Positions 38,163 through 47,415 of a DNA stretch of 64,000 bases are shown in pieces; the stretch's first letter is position 1, and each line of letters starts with the position of its first letter. Origin of the DNA: Myxococcota bacterium. Its GTDB lineage: Bacteria; Myxococcota_A; UBA9160; UBA4427. The translations under genes were made by a program, and so were the position numbers. Below the pieces are notes generated by a model that ran no database searches, had not been told where the DNA came from, and worked only from the letters and a program-made list of their open reading frames with translations. Location: positions 5,568,001 to 5,632,000 of the forward strand of contig OZ252299.1 of the NCBI GenBank assembly GCA_965250285.1, read 5' to 3'.

Positions 38163-40154
38163 TCAGCCGAGGAAGCTCGTGGTCAGCACGCAGAGCAGCG
38201 TGAGCGCGAGCCCCCAGACCACGACGCGGCCGATCTGCTGGAGCGCCGGGGGCAGCCGTTCGTCGACGGCGACCAGCCCGTCGGCGCCGAAGAGCGCGAT
38301 CGGCACCCATGCGGCGAGCAGATACGACGCGCGCGCCTGCGCGTAGAACGGCAGCCGGAGCGAGATCAACAGCGATGAAACGAGGAGCGTGCCGGCGACC
38401 GCCGCGAGCATGAAGCGGGCCAGCGCCGTGCCGTCGGGGTTCGTCGCGCGCGTCGTCCCCGCCTTGACCGCCCGCAGCCCGCCGTAGAGGACCGTGAGCG
38501 TCGCGGGCATCGCGAGCCAGTAGCCGACGAGCATGAAGCTGTCGTTCCAGGCGCCGTGCCGTGTCCGCGCCGTCTGCATACCGGCGACGAGGCCGTCGCC
38601 CCAGAAGGTCGAGTAGAGCCCGTCCCAGTACGAAGAGAACCCGGCGAAGAACGGATGGCGTACGCCGTCGCCGAAGCCGAACAGCCACGCGGGCGTGTGG
38701 TAGCCCGGCTGCAACCACCACGATGGCGTGTCGGGCAGGTCGAGGTTCCACACCACCGGGTCACCGAAGTGCAGCCCGTTGCGTGCGTAGAACCAGCCGG
38801 CGAGCACCGCCATGGCACACGCGAGCGCAAGCCCCGTTGCGGCGACTTCGCGGCCCGGTCGATCTTCGAGCACGCGCAGCTTGAGCAGCACGAAGCCCGC
38901 GATCAGTGGGGCGAGCGCGAGCGCGGTGAACTTGGTGAGCAGGGCGGCGGCGAGCAGGGCCGCCAGCCAGACGAGGTCGGCGCGGCGCGCTCGGGCGTCG
39001 GTCAGGATGCGGGTTGCGAAGTAGAGTGCACCCGAGATCCAGGCGGCGTGCATCGACTCGTTGCCGAGATACGCCGACATGTAGACGCCGACCGGAATCA
39101 CGGCGGCGAATGCGATGGCCGTCGCGACGCGACGGTCGTCGGCAGGCCAGAGGCGACGGGCGGTGAGGCCGACGAAGAGCAGACACGCGAGACCCGAAGC
39201 GAACGGCACGACGCGATGCACGAGCCCGGCGCCCGTGCTCTCGGGCGTCGTGCCGGTCGCGGCGGCCAGGAGCGCCGACGTCGCATGGGCGAGCGGTGGG
39301 TGATAGGTCGAGAAGCCCTCGTCTGCGAGCGGTAGGCGACCACCCTGTCGGATCAGCTCGACGTAGTGCATGTGCGCCGGCGCATCGAAGCCCATGATCG
39401 CGGGGAGCGCGGCCGTCTTGGTGAACAGGATGCCGAGCCAGAGCACGAGCGCGAACGCGCTCGACGCCGCCACGGCCTGCCGCGTCAGCCAGGCCGGTCG
39501 AAGCCACTCGACCGCCCCCGCGACGCCGAAGCAGACCGCGAAGATCAAGCCGAAGGTCACCGCGTTCAGCGCGAGCACCTGGCCGGGCTCGGGCAGCAGG
39601 AAGGCATCGGGGTGGAGTCGCGTATCGTCGGCTCGCGCGGCGGGCTGCGGGTTCGATCGGGGCGTCATGACCTGCCAATCGACGTTCGTCTCGATCCTTC
39701 GATCGCCGAGCGCGAGCTGGGCCTGCAACACCGGCGGACCCTTCGGGTGGGTGACGGCGATCCGCAGCTCGTTTCGACCGGCTCGAAGGGCACTCGACGC
39801 GTCGAAGCGGCGCGGCGAACGCCACGCTCGAGCGTCGTCTTCCGGCTCGATCCGGCGCCCGTTGAGTTCGACCTCGAGGGTCGTGAGCCCGCGGGCCTCG
39901 AGGGTGGCCCGTTCGCTGCCGGTCGCGTCGAAGCGGCGCACGAAGACGTGGCGCGGCGGATCGGCCGGGTCGACGACGACGAGCTGAGTGTCGATGGCGC
40001 GCGGCGCGGTGATCCATGGGCCGGGGCCGCCCACGAGAAAGGGCACCTCGGCCGAGAAGAACAGCGCGTGCGCGAAGACGCCGATGAGCACCGCGCCGCT
40101 CGCGAGCAGCGCGATTCGAAGCCATCGGCCGAGCGCGGCTGCGTCGGAGCTCAC
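38163..40154 (-). CDS. Multi-pass GT-C (PMT/ArnT-like) membrane protein with an N-terminal periplasmic beta domain
   Basis: GFDAPAH, YHPPL, GNES, LTKFTA, RNG...GDP, QARASY; about 12 TM segments; LRAGRNELRIAV jelly-roll-like segment. GTG overlaps the upstream TGA. Confidence 0.75.
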   Translation of the reverse strand: MSSDAAALGRWLRIALLASGAVLIGVFAHALFFSAEVPFLVGGPGPWITAPRAIDTQLVVVDPADPPRHVFVRRFDATGSERATLEARGLTTLEVELNGRRIEPEDDARAWRSPRRFDASSALRAGRNELRIAVTHPKGPPVLQAQLALGDRRIETNVDWQVMTPRSNPQPAARADDTRLHPDAFLLPEPGQVLALNAVTFGLIFAVCFGVAGAVEWLRPAWLTRQAVAASSAFALVLWLGILFTKTAALPAIMGFDAPAHMHYVELIRQGGRLPLADEGFSTYHPPLAHATSALLAAATGTTPESTGAGLVHRVVPFASGLACLLFVGLTARRLWPADDRRVATAIAFAAVIPVGVYMSAYLGNESMHAAWISGALYFATRILTDARARRADLVWLAALLAAALLTKFTALALAPLIAGFVLLKLRVLEDRPGREVAATGLALACAMAVLAGWFYARNGLHFGDPVVWNLDLPDTPSWWLQPGYHTPAWLFGFGDGVRHPFFAGFSSYWDGLYSTFWGDGLVAGMQTARTRHGAWNDSFMLVGYWLAMPATLTVLYGGLRAVKAGTTRATNPDGTALARFMLAAVAGTLLVSSLLISLRLPFYAQARASYLLAAWVPIALFGADGLVAVDERLPPALQQIGRVVVWGLALTLLCVLTTSFLG

Positions 40155-40933
40155 GCGGCGCCGGGGCCGCCGGTCTTCGCAGCGTCGCCGCGCAGGTAGC
40201 GCGACCGGATGCGCCCAATCTCGGCGATCGCCCGAACGAAGTCGGTCGCACGCACCTTCGATCCGGCGACGTCGACCCACTGGCGAAGTGCGAGCTCGTA
40301 GACCACCCGCTCGGGCGCCGGGCCGCCGTCGCGCTGCCGAATGCAGATCAGCCGCGCGAGCACCTCGACGTCGAAGACCCAGTTCGAGACGAAGGGCTCG
40401 GCGAAGAGCTCGCGGGTCAGCGGGCCGCTCCTGAAGAGCTTCGCACCGCACTGGGTGTCGTAGACCGGCAGCGCGAGCACGACCGAAGCGACCGTGGCGA
40501 AGACGCGACCGAGATAGTGCCGCACCGGGCTGCGCACGATGCGGCGACCGAGCAGCGCGACGCGAGCGCCGTAGACGACCTGCCGCTCGGGATCGGTCTC
40601 GAGGCACTCGATGAAGCGCGGGATCTCTTCGAGGGGCGTCGCCAGGTCGGCGTCGAAGTAGCCGACGTAGGCCGCATTCGAGTCGAGCGCCCGCTGTAGA
40701 CCCTGCCGGACGGCCTCGGCCTTGCCGACGTTGCGCGGCAAGTCGAGCACGTCGATCTGGTTCGAGGCCTGATCGGCGGTCTTCTCGAGCACCCGGAGCG
40801 TGTCGTCCGCGCTGCCGTCGTTGACGAGCAGGAACCCCACTTCGGGGTGCGCCTTCGCGAACGCGACGATCTCGTCGCCTGGCAGGCGCCGGGCTTCGTT
40901 GAAGCACGGGATCACGACGATGGTGCGGGGCAT
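40151..40933 (-). CDS. GT2, polyprenyl-phosphate glycosyltransferase-like (ALG5/DPM type)
   Basis: IPCFNE, VNDGSAD, GKAEAVR, DADLATP, DTQCGAK, FDVE. Confidence 0.9.
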   Translation of the reverse strand: MPRTIVVIPCFNEARRLPGDEIVAFAKAHPEVGFLLVNDGSADDTLRVLEKTADQASNQIDVLDLPRNVGKAEAVRQGLQRALDSNAAYVGYFDADLATPLEEIPRFIECLETDPERQVVYGARVALLGRRIVRSPVRHYLGRVFATVASVVLALPVYDTQCGAKLFRSGPLTRELFAEPFVSNWVFDVEVLARLICIRQRDGGPAPERVVYELALRQWVDVAGSKVRATDFVRAIAEIGRIRSRYLRGDAAKTGGPGAA

Positions 40934-41090
40934 GACGCGGGCGAGTCTACCATTCCGCGCTGCGCTCCGGACGTGCGCGTCATGTGGGATACCCTCCCGA
41001 TCGTGCGAGGTCGGCTCGACGCGCCGCCCCGACCCGGCTGGGCTCGATCCGCCACGCCCCCTCAAAAAAGGAAAACGAAGAGGAGCGCGA

Positions 41091-42785
41091 TTGACCGGCA
41101 TCGCCGAAGGCCCCTCGGAAGGGATCGAGTCGAATGGGGGCGAATCCCGAGCTGCCGGCGCGCTGCCGACCAGCTGCGTCGTCGCGATGGGCCTCTGCCT
41201 GGTGCTCTTCGTCGTGGCTCAGTACGGCCGGCTCGGTCAGCCGCTGCTGTGGCAGGACGAGGGCGAGACCGCGATGTTCGGCCGCCGCGTCCTCGAGTTC
41301 GGCTACCCGAAGGTGCACGGCGCCGAGGGGGTGGTCTACGGCATGAGCGTGCCGATGCGCTTCGCCGTCGACGCCGAGAGCGATGCGTACACCGGCAGTC
41401 TCTGGGGCCAGTACTACTTCGCGGCGTTCGCCGTCGGGCTCTCCGATCTCGCGACCGGTGCGTCGACACGGACGGCGCTCGTTCGGTTGCCTTTCGCGCT
41501 CGCCGGAACGGCCGGGCTTGCGCTCGTCTGGCTCGCCTACGCGCCGGCGTTCGGGCCCCCTCGGCGTCGCTTCGGCTTCTTCTGTGCGTGGTGGGTCGGT
41601 CTCGCGTGCTCGGTCTCGTTGCTGCTTCACCTGCGCGAGGTGCGGTACTACGCGCTCGTCATGCTGCTCGTCGGTTTCGCGCTGTGGCTGCGTCAGCGCG
41701 CGCGGGGCTGGACGCGACGCGTCGGTCTCGCGCTCGCCTTTTTCGCGCTGTTCAACGTCTTCTATCCGGCCGCCGTCGCGTTGGCGGTCTGGCTCGTCTT
41801 CGAGGGCGTGTGGCCGCTGCGGCACAGCGAGGCGCGCTCGCCGGGCGCGATTCGCGCGGCGGCGCTCGAGTGGGCGCCGCTGGTCGCGGCTGCGGTTGCG
41901 CTGGTCCCCGTCGTCCTCTGGTTTCGAGTGCTTCCACTCTCCGAGCTGATGTCGGCGCGCTACCAGTTCGGTCTGACCGATTACGCGACGAACGTCGCGG
42001 TGGTGGCGCGTCATCTGGCCGAGCACGAGTGGCTGGTGGCGGCTGGCTTGCTTCGCGTGGCCGCCTGGCAGCTCGCCCGGGGCGTCGAGGGGCCGGCGCT
42101 CGCCGCTTCGCTGTGGAGGCTCGTCGCGGTGTGGGTGGCGATCGGTGCGCGCAACCCGATCTTCTTCGAGCGCTACTTCGTCGCGCTCGGTCCGCTGCTC
42201 CTGATGGCGGCGCTGCTCGACTTCGACCGCGTTCTGCGCGACGCCGTCACACGCGGGCGGGGCATGCGTTTCGCCGTCTCGATCGCGGCGGTCTGTGTCG
42301 TCGGTTCGCTGCTGCTCAAGGCGCCGGCGCTGGCAGGTCGCGTCACCGAGCTGATCACACCGGTGCGGGGCCCGCTCGATGTCGCCATCGAGTGGGTCGA
42401 CGCGCGCGCGTCCGGCGCGGCACCGCCCGTCGTCGCGACGAACTACGAGGCGGAGGTGTGGATGTTCTATCTCGGGGCCCCCGTCGTCGGGCGGTTTCAC
42501 GCCGACACCGAGGCGGCGGCGCGCGACGAAGCGGCCGTGCGCGCCGACTTCGTCGTGCCGCGCAAGGGATATCCGCACACGGTCGAGCGGCTTCGCGTCT
42601 ACCTCGAGCCCGGTGCGTTCGAGCGTCACGTGCTCGAGATCGCCGATCTGCCCTACAACACGATCCCCGAGCTGAGCAGCGGTCGCGTCCTCGCGCGCAC
42701 TCATCCGTTCCGCACCGTCTCGCCTGCCCATGAGGGCGAGGCGCTCGAGATCTGGCAGCGTCTGTCGTTGGAGACCTCGCCGTGA
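41091..42785 (+). CDS. Multi-pass GT-C (ArnT/PMT-like) membrane protein
   Basis: LWQDE after TM1, RLPFAL, REVRYYAL, FERY; many TM segments; AGGAG SD before TTG. Confidence 0.75.
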   Translation: MTGIAEGPSEGIESNGGESRAAGALPTSCVVAMGLCLVLFVVAQYGRLGQPLLWQDEGETAMFGRRVLEFGYPKVHGAEGVVYGMSVPMRFAVDAESDAYTGSLWGQYYFAAFAVGLSDLATGASTRTALVRLPFALAGTAGLALVWLAYAPAFGPPRRRFGFFCAWWVGLACSVSLLLHLREVRYYALVMLLVGFALWLRQRARGWTRRVGLALAFFALFNVFYPAAVALAVWLVFEGVWPLRHSEARSPGAIRAAALEWAPLVAAAVALVPVVLWFRVLPLSELMSARYQFGLTDYATNVAVVARHLAEHEWLVAAGLLRVAAWQLARGVEGPALAASLWRLVAVWVAIGARNPIFFERYFVALGPLLLMAALLDFDRVLRDAVTRGRGMRFAVSIAAVCVVGSLLLKAPALAGRVTELITPVRGPLDVAIEWVDARASGAAPPVVATNYEAEVWMFYLGAPVVGRFHADTEAAARDEAAVRADFVVPRKGYPHTVERLRVYLEPGAFERHVLEIADLPYNTIPELSSGRVLARTHPFRTVSPAHEGEALEIWQRLSLETSP

Positions 42786-44257
42786 TGCGTGTCCTCGGGC
42801 TGCTCGTCGCCTCGTCGTTGGCGCTCGCCTGCGGCGGCGATTCCGCAACCACACGATCGGGAGAGCCCCGCCACCTGGTGCTGATCAGCGTCGACACGCT
42901 GGGCGCGCGTCACGTCGGCGCCTACGGTCACACCCGCGATACCTCTCCTGCGATCGATGCGCTCGCGGCCCGTGGCGTGCTGTTCGAGAACGCGTACACG
43001 CAGCAGGTCTGGACGCTCACCGCGCACATCACGATGATGACGAGCCTACATCCCCAGGCGCACGGCGCATCGGAGCGTCGCGCCGCCTGGCCGGGTATCC
43101 CGACGTTGGCCGGGACGCTCGCCGACGCCGGCTTCGACACCGCGGCGTTCACGGGCGTCGGTGCCTACATGAACCCACGCTTCGGGCTCGGTCGGGGCTT
43201 CGATACGTACGACATCGGTCGAAGTCACGACGAGCGCGACGACAGCGTGCGGCTCGACTGGCTGCGCGCGCAGGCCGCCGCCGCCGCCGCCGACCCGACG
43301 CACCGCTTCTTTCTCTTCGCGCACTACTTCGACGTGCACTCCGACGTCGGCACCGACGTCCCCTATGTCGCGCCCGCCGAAGATGCCGAGCCCTATCTCG
43401 CCGAGGTGCTGGCCGAGGGCGAGACGTGGTCGCGCCGCGGCGACACCGATCTGCTGATCGAGCTCGAGAAGAGTGGCGAGGCGAGTGAGCGCGACCGCGC
43501 AGTGATCGGTGCGCTCTATGACGCCGGGGTCCGCTACACCGATCGAGAGGCGGTGGGTCGGCTGCTCCGGGCGATCGACGAGCTCGGGCTCGCCGAGTCG
43601 ACGCTCGTCGTGCTCACCTCGGATCACGGCGAAGAGATCTTCGAGCACGGCATGGTGAGTCATCAGCAACCCTACGACGAAACCGCACGCGTGCCGCTCG
43701 TGTTCGCCGGGCCAGGCATCCCGCAGAACGAGCGTTTTGGCGAACTGGTCGAGCTGGTCGACGTGATGCCGACCGTGCTGTCGTTGCTCGACGTGACGCC
43801 GCCGATGGGCATGCAGGGGCGCGATCTCTCGCCGCTGTGGAAGGGCGGGGCGATCGACGCGCGCGCGGCGCACGTCGACGGACTCTTCGGGGGGCTCCCG
43901 CACATGAAGTGGCGCTACCCGAGCGCGATCACGCGCGTCGTCGATGGCGTACGGTACAGCTACGTCGGCAAGGTGCACGAAGAGAAACGAGAGGACGGCT
44001 CGCGGCGTTTCTTCATGTACACCGAGGGTGAGCTCTACGACCTCGACGCCGATCCCGCCCAGAGCCACGACCTCGCGGGCGAACGTCCGCTGCTCGCCGA
44101 GCGCATGCGCAAGAGTCTGCTCGGCTGGTACGACGTCAACGAGCGCGTGGCGCGGCGACTCGAGGGGCGTGCGCGGGCGGCGGGGCAGGAGGCCCGGGTG
44201 CCGGCACCGACCGACGACGAGGCCGATCAGCTCCGAGCGCTCGGTTACACCGAGTAG
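42785..44257 (+). CDS. Sulfatase-fold lipoprotein (Thr at the nucleophile position)
   Basis: Lipobox LAC; SVDTL, WTLTAH, HYFDVH, SDHGE, ELYDL; C-terminal LRALGY. Confidence 0.85.
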   Translation: MRVLGLLVASSLALACGGDSATTRSGEPRHLVLISVDTLGARHVGAYGHTRDTSPAIDALAARGVLFENAYTQQVWTLTAHITMMTSLHPQAHGASERRAAWPGIPTLAGTLADAGFDTAAFTGVGAYMNPRFGLGRGFDTYDIGRSHDERDDSVRLDWLRAQAAAAAADPTHRFFLFAHYFDVHSDVGTDVPYVAPAEDAEPYLAEVLAEGETWSRRGDTDLLIELEKSGEASERDRAVIGALYDAGVRYTDREAVGRLLRAIDELGLAESTLVVLTSDHGEEIFEHGMVSHQQPYDETARVPLVFAGPGIPQNERFGELVELVDVMPTVLSLLDVTPPMGMQGRDLSPLWKGGAIDARAAHVDGLFGGLPHMKWRYPSAITRVVDGVRYSYVGKVHEEKREDGSRRFFMYTEGELYDLDADPAQSHDLAGERPLLAERMRKSLLGWYDVNERVARRLEGRARAAGQEARVPAPTDDEADQLRALGYTE

Positions 44258-44294
44258 GCGAGCTCGAAGCGCGGTGGTCGGCACCTGCTCGGGG

Positions 44295-45293
44295 CTACGT
44301 CGCTTCGGCCCTGCGTCCAGCAAGAAACGAGGCGAGCCCCAGCCCCGCCCAGCCGAGATTCACCAGGCCGGTCAGCAGGCCGAGGGCCAGGGCGGCTTCG
44401 GCCGGCATCCCCAATCGCCCGAGCAACGCGACGAAGAGCAGCTCACGCACGCCGGTGCCGCCGATCGAGATCGGCAGCATGCTGGCGAGCGTCACGAAGG
44501 GCACGACCACAGCGAACCAGGGCACGGCGACGTCGCCTTCGAGGGGGCGAGCGAGGGCCCAGACGGCCACGACGGGCAGCGCCTGGCACGCCAACGACAG
44601 CGCGATTGCGAGTGAGGTGCGTCGCGTGTCGTCGCGCACGGCCGCGAGCCCTTCACCCGCTTCGAGCGCGAGTGTGCGCACGCGACCGAACCGGCGAGGC
44701 AGCCGGTCGAAGACGGCGCGCGCGAACCGTGCGGCCCGGGGATGCAGCAGGCTGAAGGGGCCGAAGGTGCAGACCGCAGCGAGCGATACGCCTGCCGCGA
44801 AGAGACCGCGCGGGAGGGCGTCGCTCGGCGCCCAGGGCGCACCGCACAGCGCGACGAGCCCGAGGGCCTGCAAGCCGAGCACGCGCTCGAGCGTCACGAC
44901 CCCGAGCACGGCAGGCCCCTTGCGCAGTCGGTCGTGGCCCTGCCAGACGCGCCAGGCGTCGCCGAGCACGCCCCCGGGCAGCACCGTGTTGAAGAACGTG
45001 GCCTCGAAGAAGAGCCGCAGGGCCGATCCGAATCGCGTGGGCACGTGGGCTGCGCGCATCAGCAGGTGAAAGCGCAGCGCGGCGAGCGTGAGCGTCGCGC
45101 CGAAGAGCGCGAAGCCGACGCCGATCCACATGAGCGTCTCGTCGCGGGGTGCATCGAACGCGTCGAACGTCGCCGCCCAGGCGATGCCGCCCGCCGCGTC
45201 GCGCGGCAGGGCGATGTGAAACGACCAAGCGAGCAGCGCGAGGGCCGGGATCCCGCGCAGCGCGAGCCGCAGCCAGGCGCGTTGGGCGCTCAC
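44295..45293 (-). CDS. Lysylphosphatidylglycerol synthase TM-domain (UPF0104, flippase-like) protein
   Basis: FFNTVLPGGVLGD, ERVLG, LPISIGGTGVRE. Confidence 0.85.
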   Translation of the reverse strand: MSAQRAWLRLALRGIPALALLAWSFHIALPRDAAGGIAWAATFDAFDAPRDETLMWIGVGFALFGATLTLAALRFHLLMRAAHVPTRFGSALRLFFEATFFNTVLPGGVLGDAWRVWQGHDRLRKGPAVLGVVTLERVLGLQALGLVALCGAPWAPSDALPRGLFAAGVSLAAVCTFGPFSLLHPRAARFARAVFDRLPRRFGRVRTLALEAGEGLAAVRDDTRRTSLAIALSLACQALPVVAVWALARPLEGDVAVPWFAVVVPFVTLASMLPISIGGTGVRELLFVALLGRLGMPAEAALALGLLTGLVNLGWAGLGLASFLAGRRAEAT

Positions 45294-45337
45294 GAACGCT
45301 CGCCCCCCGCCCGGGCGATCGGTGAACCCACGCGCGC

Positions 45338-46156
45338 TCAGTCCTCTTTCCGGATGCGGTGGGGGTTGCGCGTCGTGAGGAAGGGAAAGAGTCGACCGAG
45401 CAAATTCAGCACGAAGGCGTCGACCTTCATGAAGGCGCGCAGCATCGGGCGTTCGGGGCGCCCTGCGAAGCTCGTGACGTGGCTGTAGTCGACGCCCCCC
45501 GGTGGCCGCGCCGTGAAGTAGTAGTTCGAGACGCAGAGCCGGGGCGCGTCGCCGGTGATCTCGGCGACGCCGTGCCAGCTCGTGGCATGCGTCTCCATGA
45601 TCGCGAGACGGTTGAAGCGAGCGGGGAGGAGCGTCGCTTCGCGCACCCCTTCGTCCCAGAGCTCGAGCTCGCCGCCGTCTCTTTCGCCGAGATCGGGCGA
45701 CGCGTAGTAGAGCACGTTGATCGCGCGATAGAGTCGGTTGTCGCCGTCGTGCGAGTTGTCGAGGTGCGGGTTCAGAAAGTCGCCGCGCAGCATGACCGAG
45801 AGCCCCGAGGCGTAGAGCGTCGGATCGGCTTCGAGCCCCTCGAGATCGGTGATCGCTTCGACGGCGCGCCGAACCGACTCGGCCTGGAACGCGTACGTCA
45901 CGTCGTTGACGATCGGCTGGTAGGCCGCGACGTCGACGCCCACGCGCTTGCGCTCACGCCAGGTGTTGCGCAGCCGGAGCGTACTTGCGTCGGGAAAGGC
46001 CGCGGCGACGGCGCGGGCCGTATCCTCGGGGATCAGATCGTCGATCGTCACGCAGCGAAACGGGGTCGAGGCGGCCCAGGCTTCGCGCAGCCGGTCGCGA
46101 TCGGCGACGAGGCGCGCGGCGATGTGTTCGGCGAGTTCGCTCCGCGACCAGCTCAC
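45338..46156 (-). CDS. 2OG-Fe(II) oxygenase
   Basis: HLD...SWHGV...R facial triad; GGELELW, FNR. Confidence 0.85.
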   Translation of the reverse strand: MSWSRSELAEHIAARLVADRDRLREAWAASTPFRCVTIDDLIPEDTARAVAAAFPDASTLRLRNTWRERKRVGVDVAAYQPIVNDVTYAFQAESVRRAVEAITDLEGLEADPTLYASGLSVMLRGDFLNPHLDNSHDGDNRLYRAINVLYYASPDLGERDGGELELWDEGVREATLLPARFNRLAIMETHATSWHGVAEITGDAPRLCVSNYYFTARPPGGVDYSHVTSFAGRPERPMLRAFMKVDAFVLNLLGRLFPFLTTRNPHRIRKED

Positions 46157-46220
46157 ATGAGCCTCCGCTCGTGTCGGCGCACGGGTCGGCGCGATGTCGG
46201 CGTGCGCATCGGCTTCGGGG

Positions 46221-47240
46221 TCAACGCAGCAGCAGATCCTGGGCCAGGCTCTTCATGCCGTACCCATAGTGAGTGTAGTGGCCGCGCACGGCTTCGCGCA
46301 GGATCGGACCGAGTCGGGCGATGAAGCCCGCCGGCAGCGCGTCGCGCACGCGTGAGTGCTCGACCTTGGCTTCGATGTGGCGGCGCAGCGCGGGGTCGAC
46401 CTCGAACTCGGGGTGGGCGTCGAGGCGTCGACCGGCCTCGCCGAAGAGCTGGGCGGCGTGGTCGAAGGCGCGTTCGCTGATCTGCCCCCTCGCCTTCTCG
46501 ATCTGCGCGCGCAGATCGAGCAGCGCGAGGCCGAACTGGTTGTCGGCGTGCAGGCGGTACTCGACGAGGTCTTCGTCGAGGATGTCGAAGCCCGAGACCG
46601 CGGCCACCATGAACGCGACCCATGCGTCGTGCACGCTGCGCAGACGCGGGAAGGGCAGGACGAGCGGCAGATAGCGACCGCGAAAGGCGAACGTGTTGCC
46701 CGCGGCGACGACGTGGCGCATGAAGACGCGTGCGGCCTCGCCGCGATGCACCATGCGCTGCTCGCCCGCGTGAAAGCCCTGGGCGCGCCAGAGGTCGTAG
46801 CCGAGGGGTCGGCGGTCGTCGTCGACGACGCCGCCGTTGCAGAAGAGACCTCCCGTCTCGGGATGCGCGTCGAAGTGCGCGACCATGCGCTCGATCTTCG
46901 TCGGCCTCCAGACGTCGTCCTGGTCGGCGAAGAACACGATGTCGCGGTCGCAGCGGCCGATGGCGCGCTCGAAGTTGACGGTGGTTCGCGCGCGCTCCGT
47001 ATTGCGCACGAGCTGCACTTCGAAGGGGGCATCGGCGGCGAAGCGCTCGACGCGCTCGCAGGTGTCGTCGCCCGAGACGTCGTCGCTCACGATGAGCTGG
47101 TCGGGCGGGCGCGTCTGTCTCGCCAGGCTCTCGAGCTGCTCGTCGATGAAGCGTGCGCCCTCGAACGTCGCCATCGCCACCGAGACGGACGTTCGGTCGG
47201 CGGGCGATTCGGGACGTGCGTCTCGCGCTTCGGCTGCGAT
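46221..47240 (-). CDS. Glycosyltransferase family 2 (rhamnosyltransferase-like)
   Basis: SVAMATFEG, SDDVSGD, NFE, ADQDDVW, HDAW, YRLH. Start uncertain (ATC 47240 with GGAG SD, or ATG 47345). Confidence 0.85.
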   Translation of the reverse strand: MAAEARDARPESPADRTSVSVAMATFEGARFIDEQLESLARQTRPPDQLIVSDDVSGDDTCERVERFAADAPFEVQLVRNTERARTTVNFERAIGRCDRDIVFFADQDDVWRPTKIERMVAHFDAHPETGGLFCNGGVVDDDRRPLGYDLWRAQGFHAGEQRMVHRGEAARVFMRHVVAAGNTFAFRGRYLPLVLPFPRLRSVHDAWVAFMVAAVSGFDILDEDLVEYRLHADNQFGLALLDLRAQIEKARGQISERAFDHAAQLFGEAGRRLDAHPEFEVDPALRRHIEAKVEHSRVRDALPAGFIARLGPILREAVRGHYTHYGYGMKSLAQDLLLR

Positions 47241-47415
47241 CGTCCTGTCTCCGTGACGTCGACGACGAGGCGTCGCATCGGGTTCGCTCGCGCGCCGCTC
47301 CCAGGCGTTCGCCGCGCAGTGCGTGCCACCGCGCCGGGCGAGCATAGAAGAAGCGCGAACGTGCGAGCCATGCTTCGACATGGCCCGCCGCGCTGCCGCT
47401 CGGTACCCTGCCGCC

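Noticed and set aside
38163..40907. Single 914-aa ORF from the track
   Set aside because: Its 5' part overlaps the GT2 gene in another frame. The real start is most likely GTG 40154, coupled to the GT2 stop.
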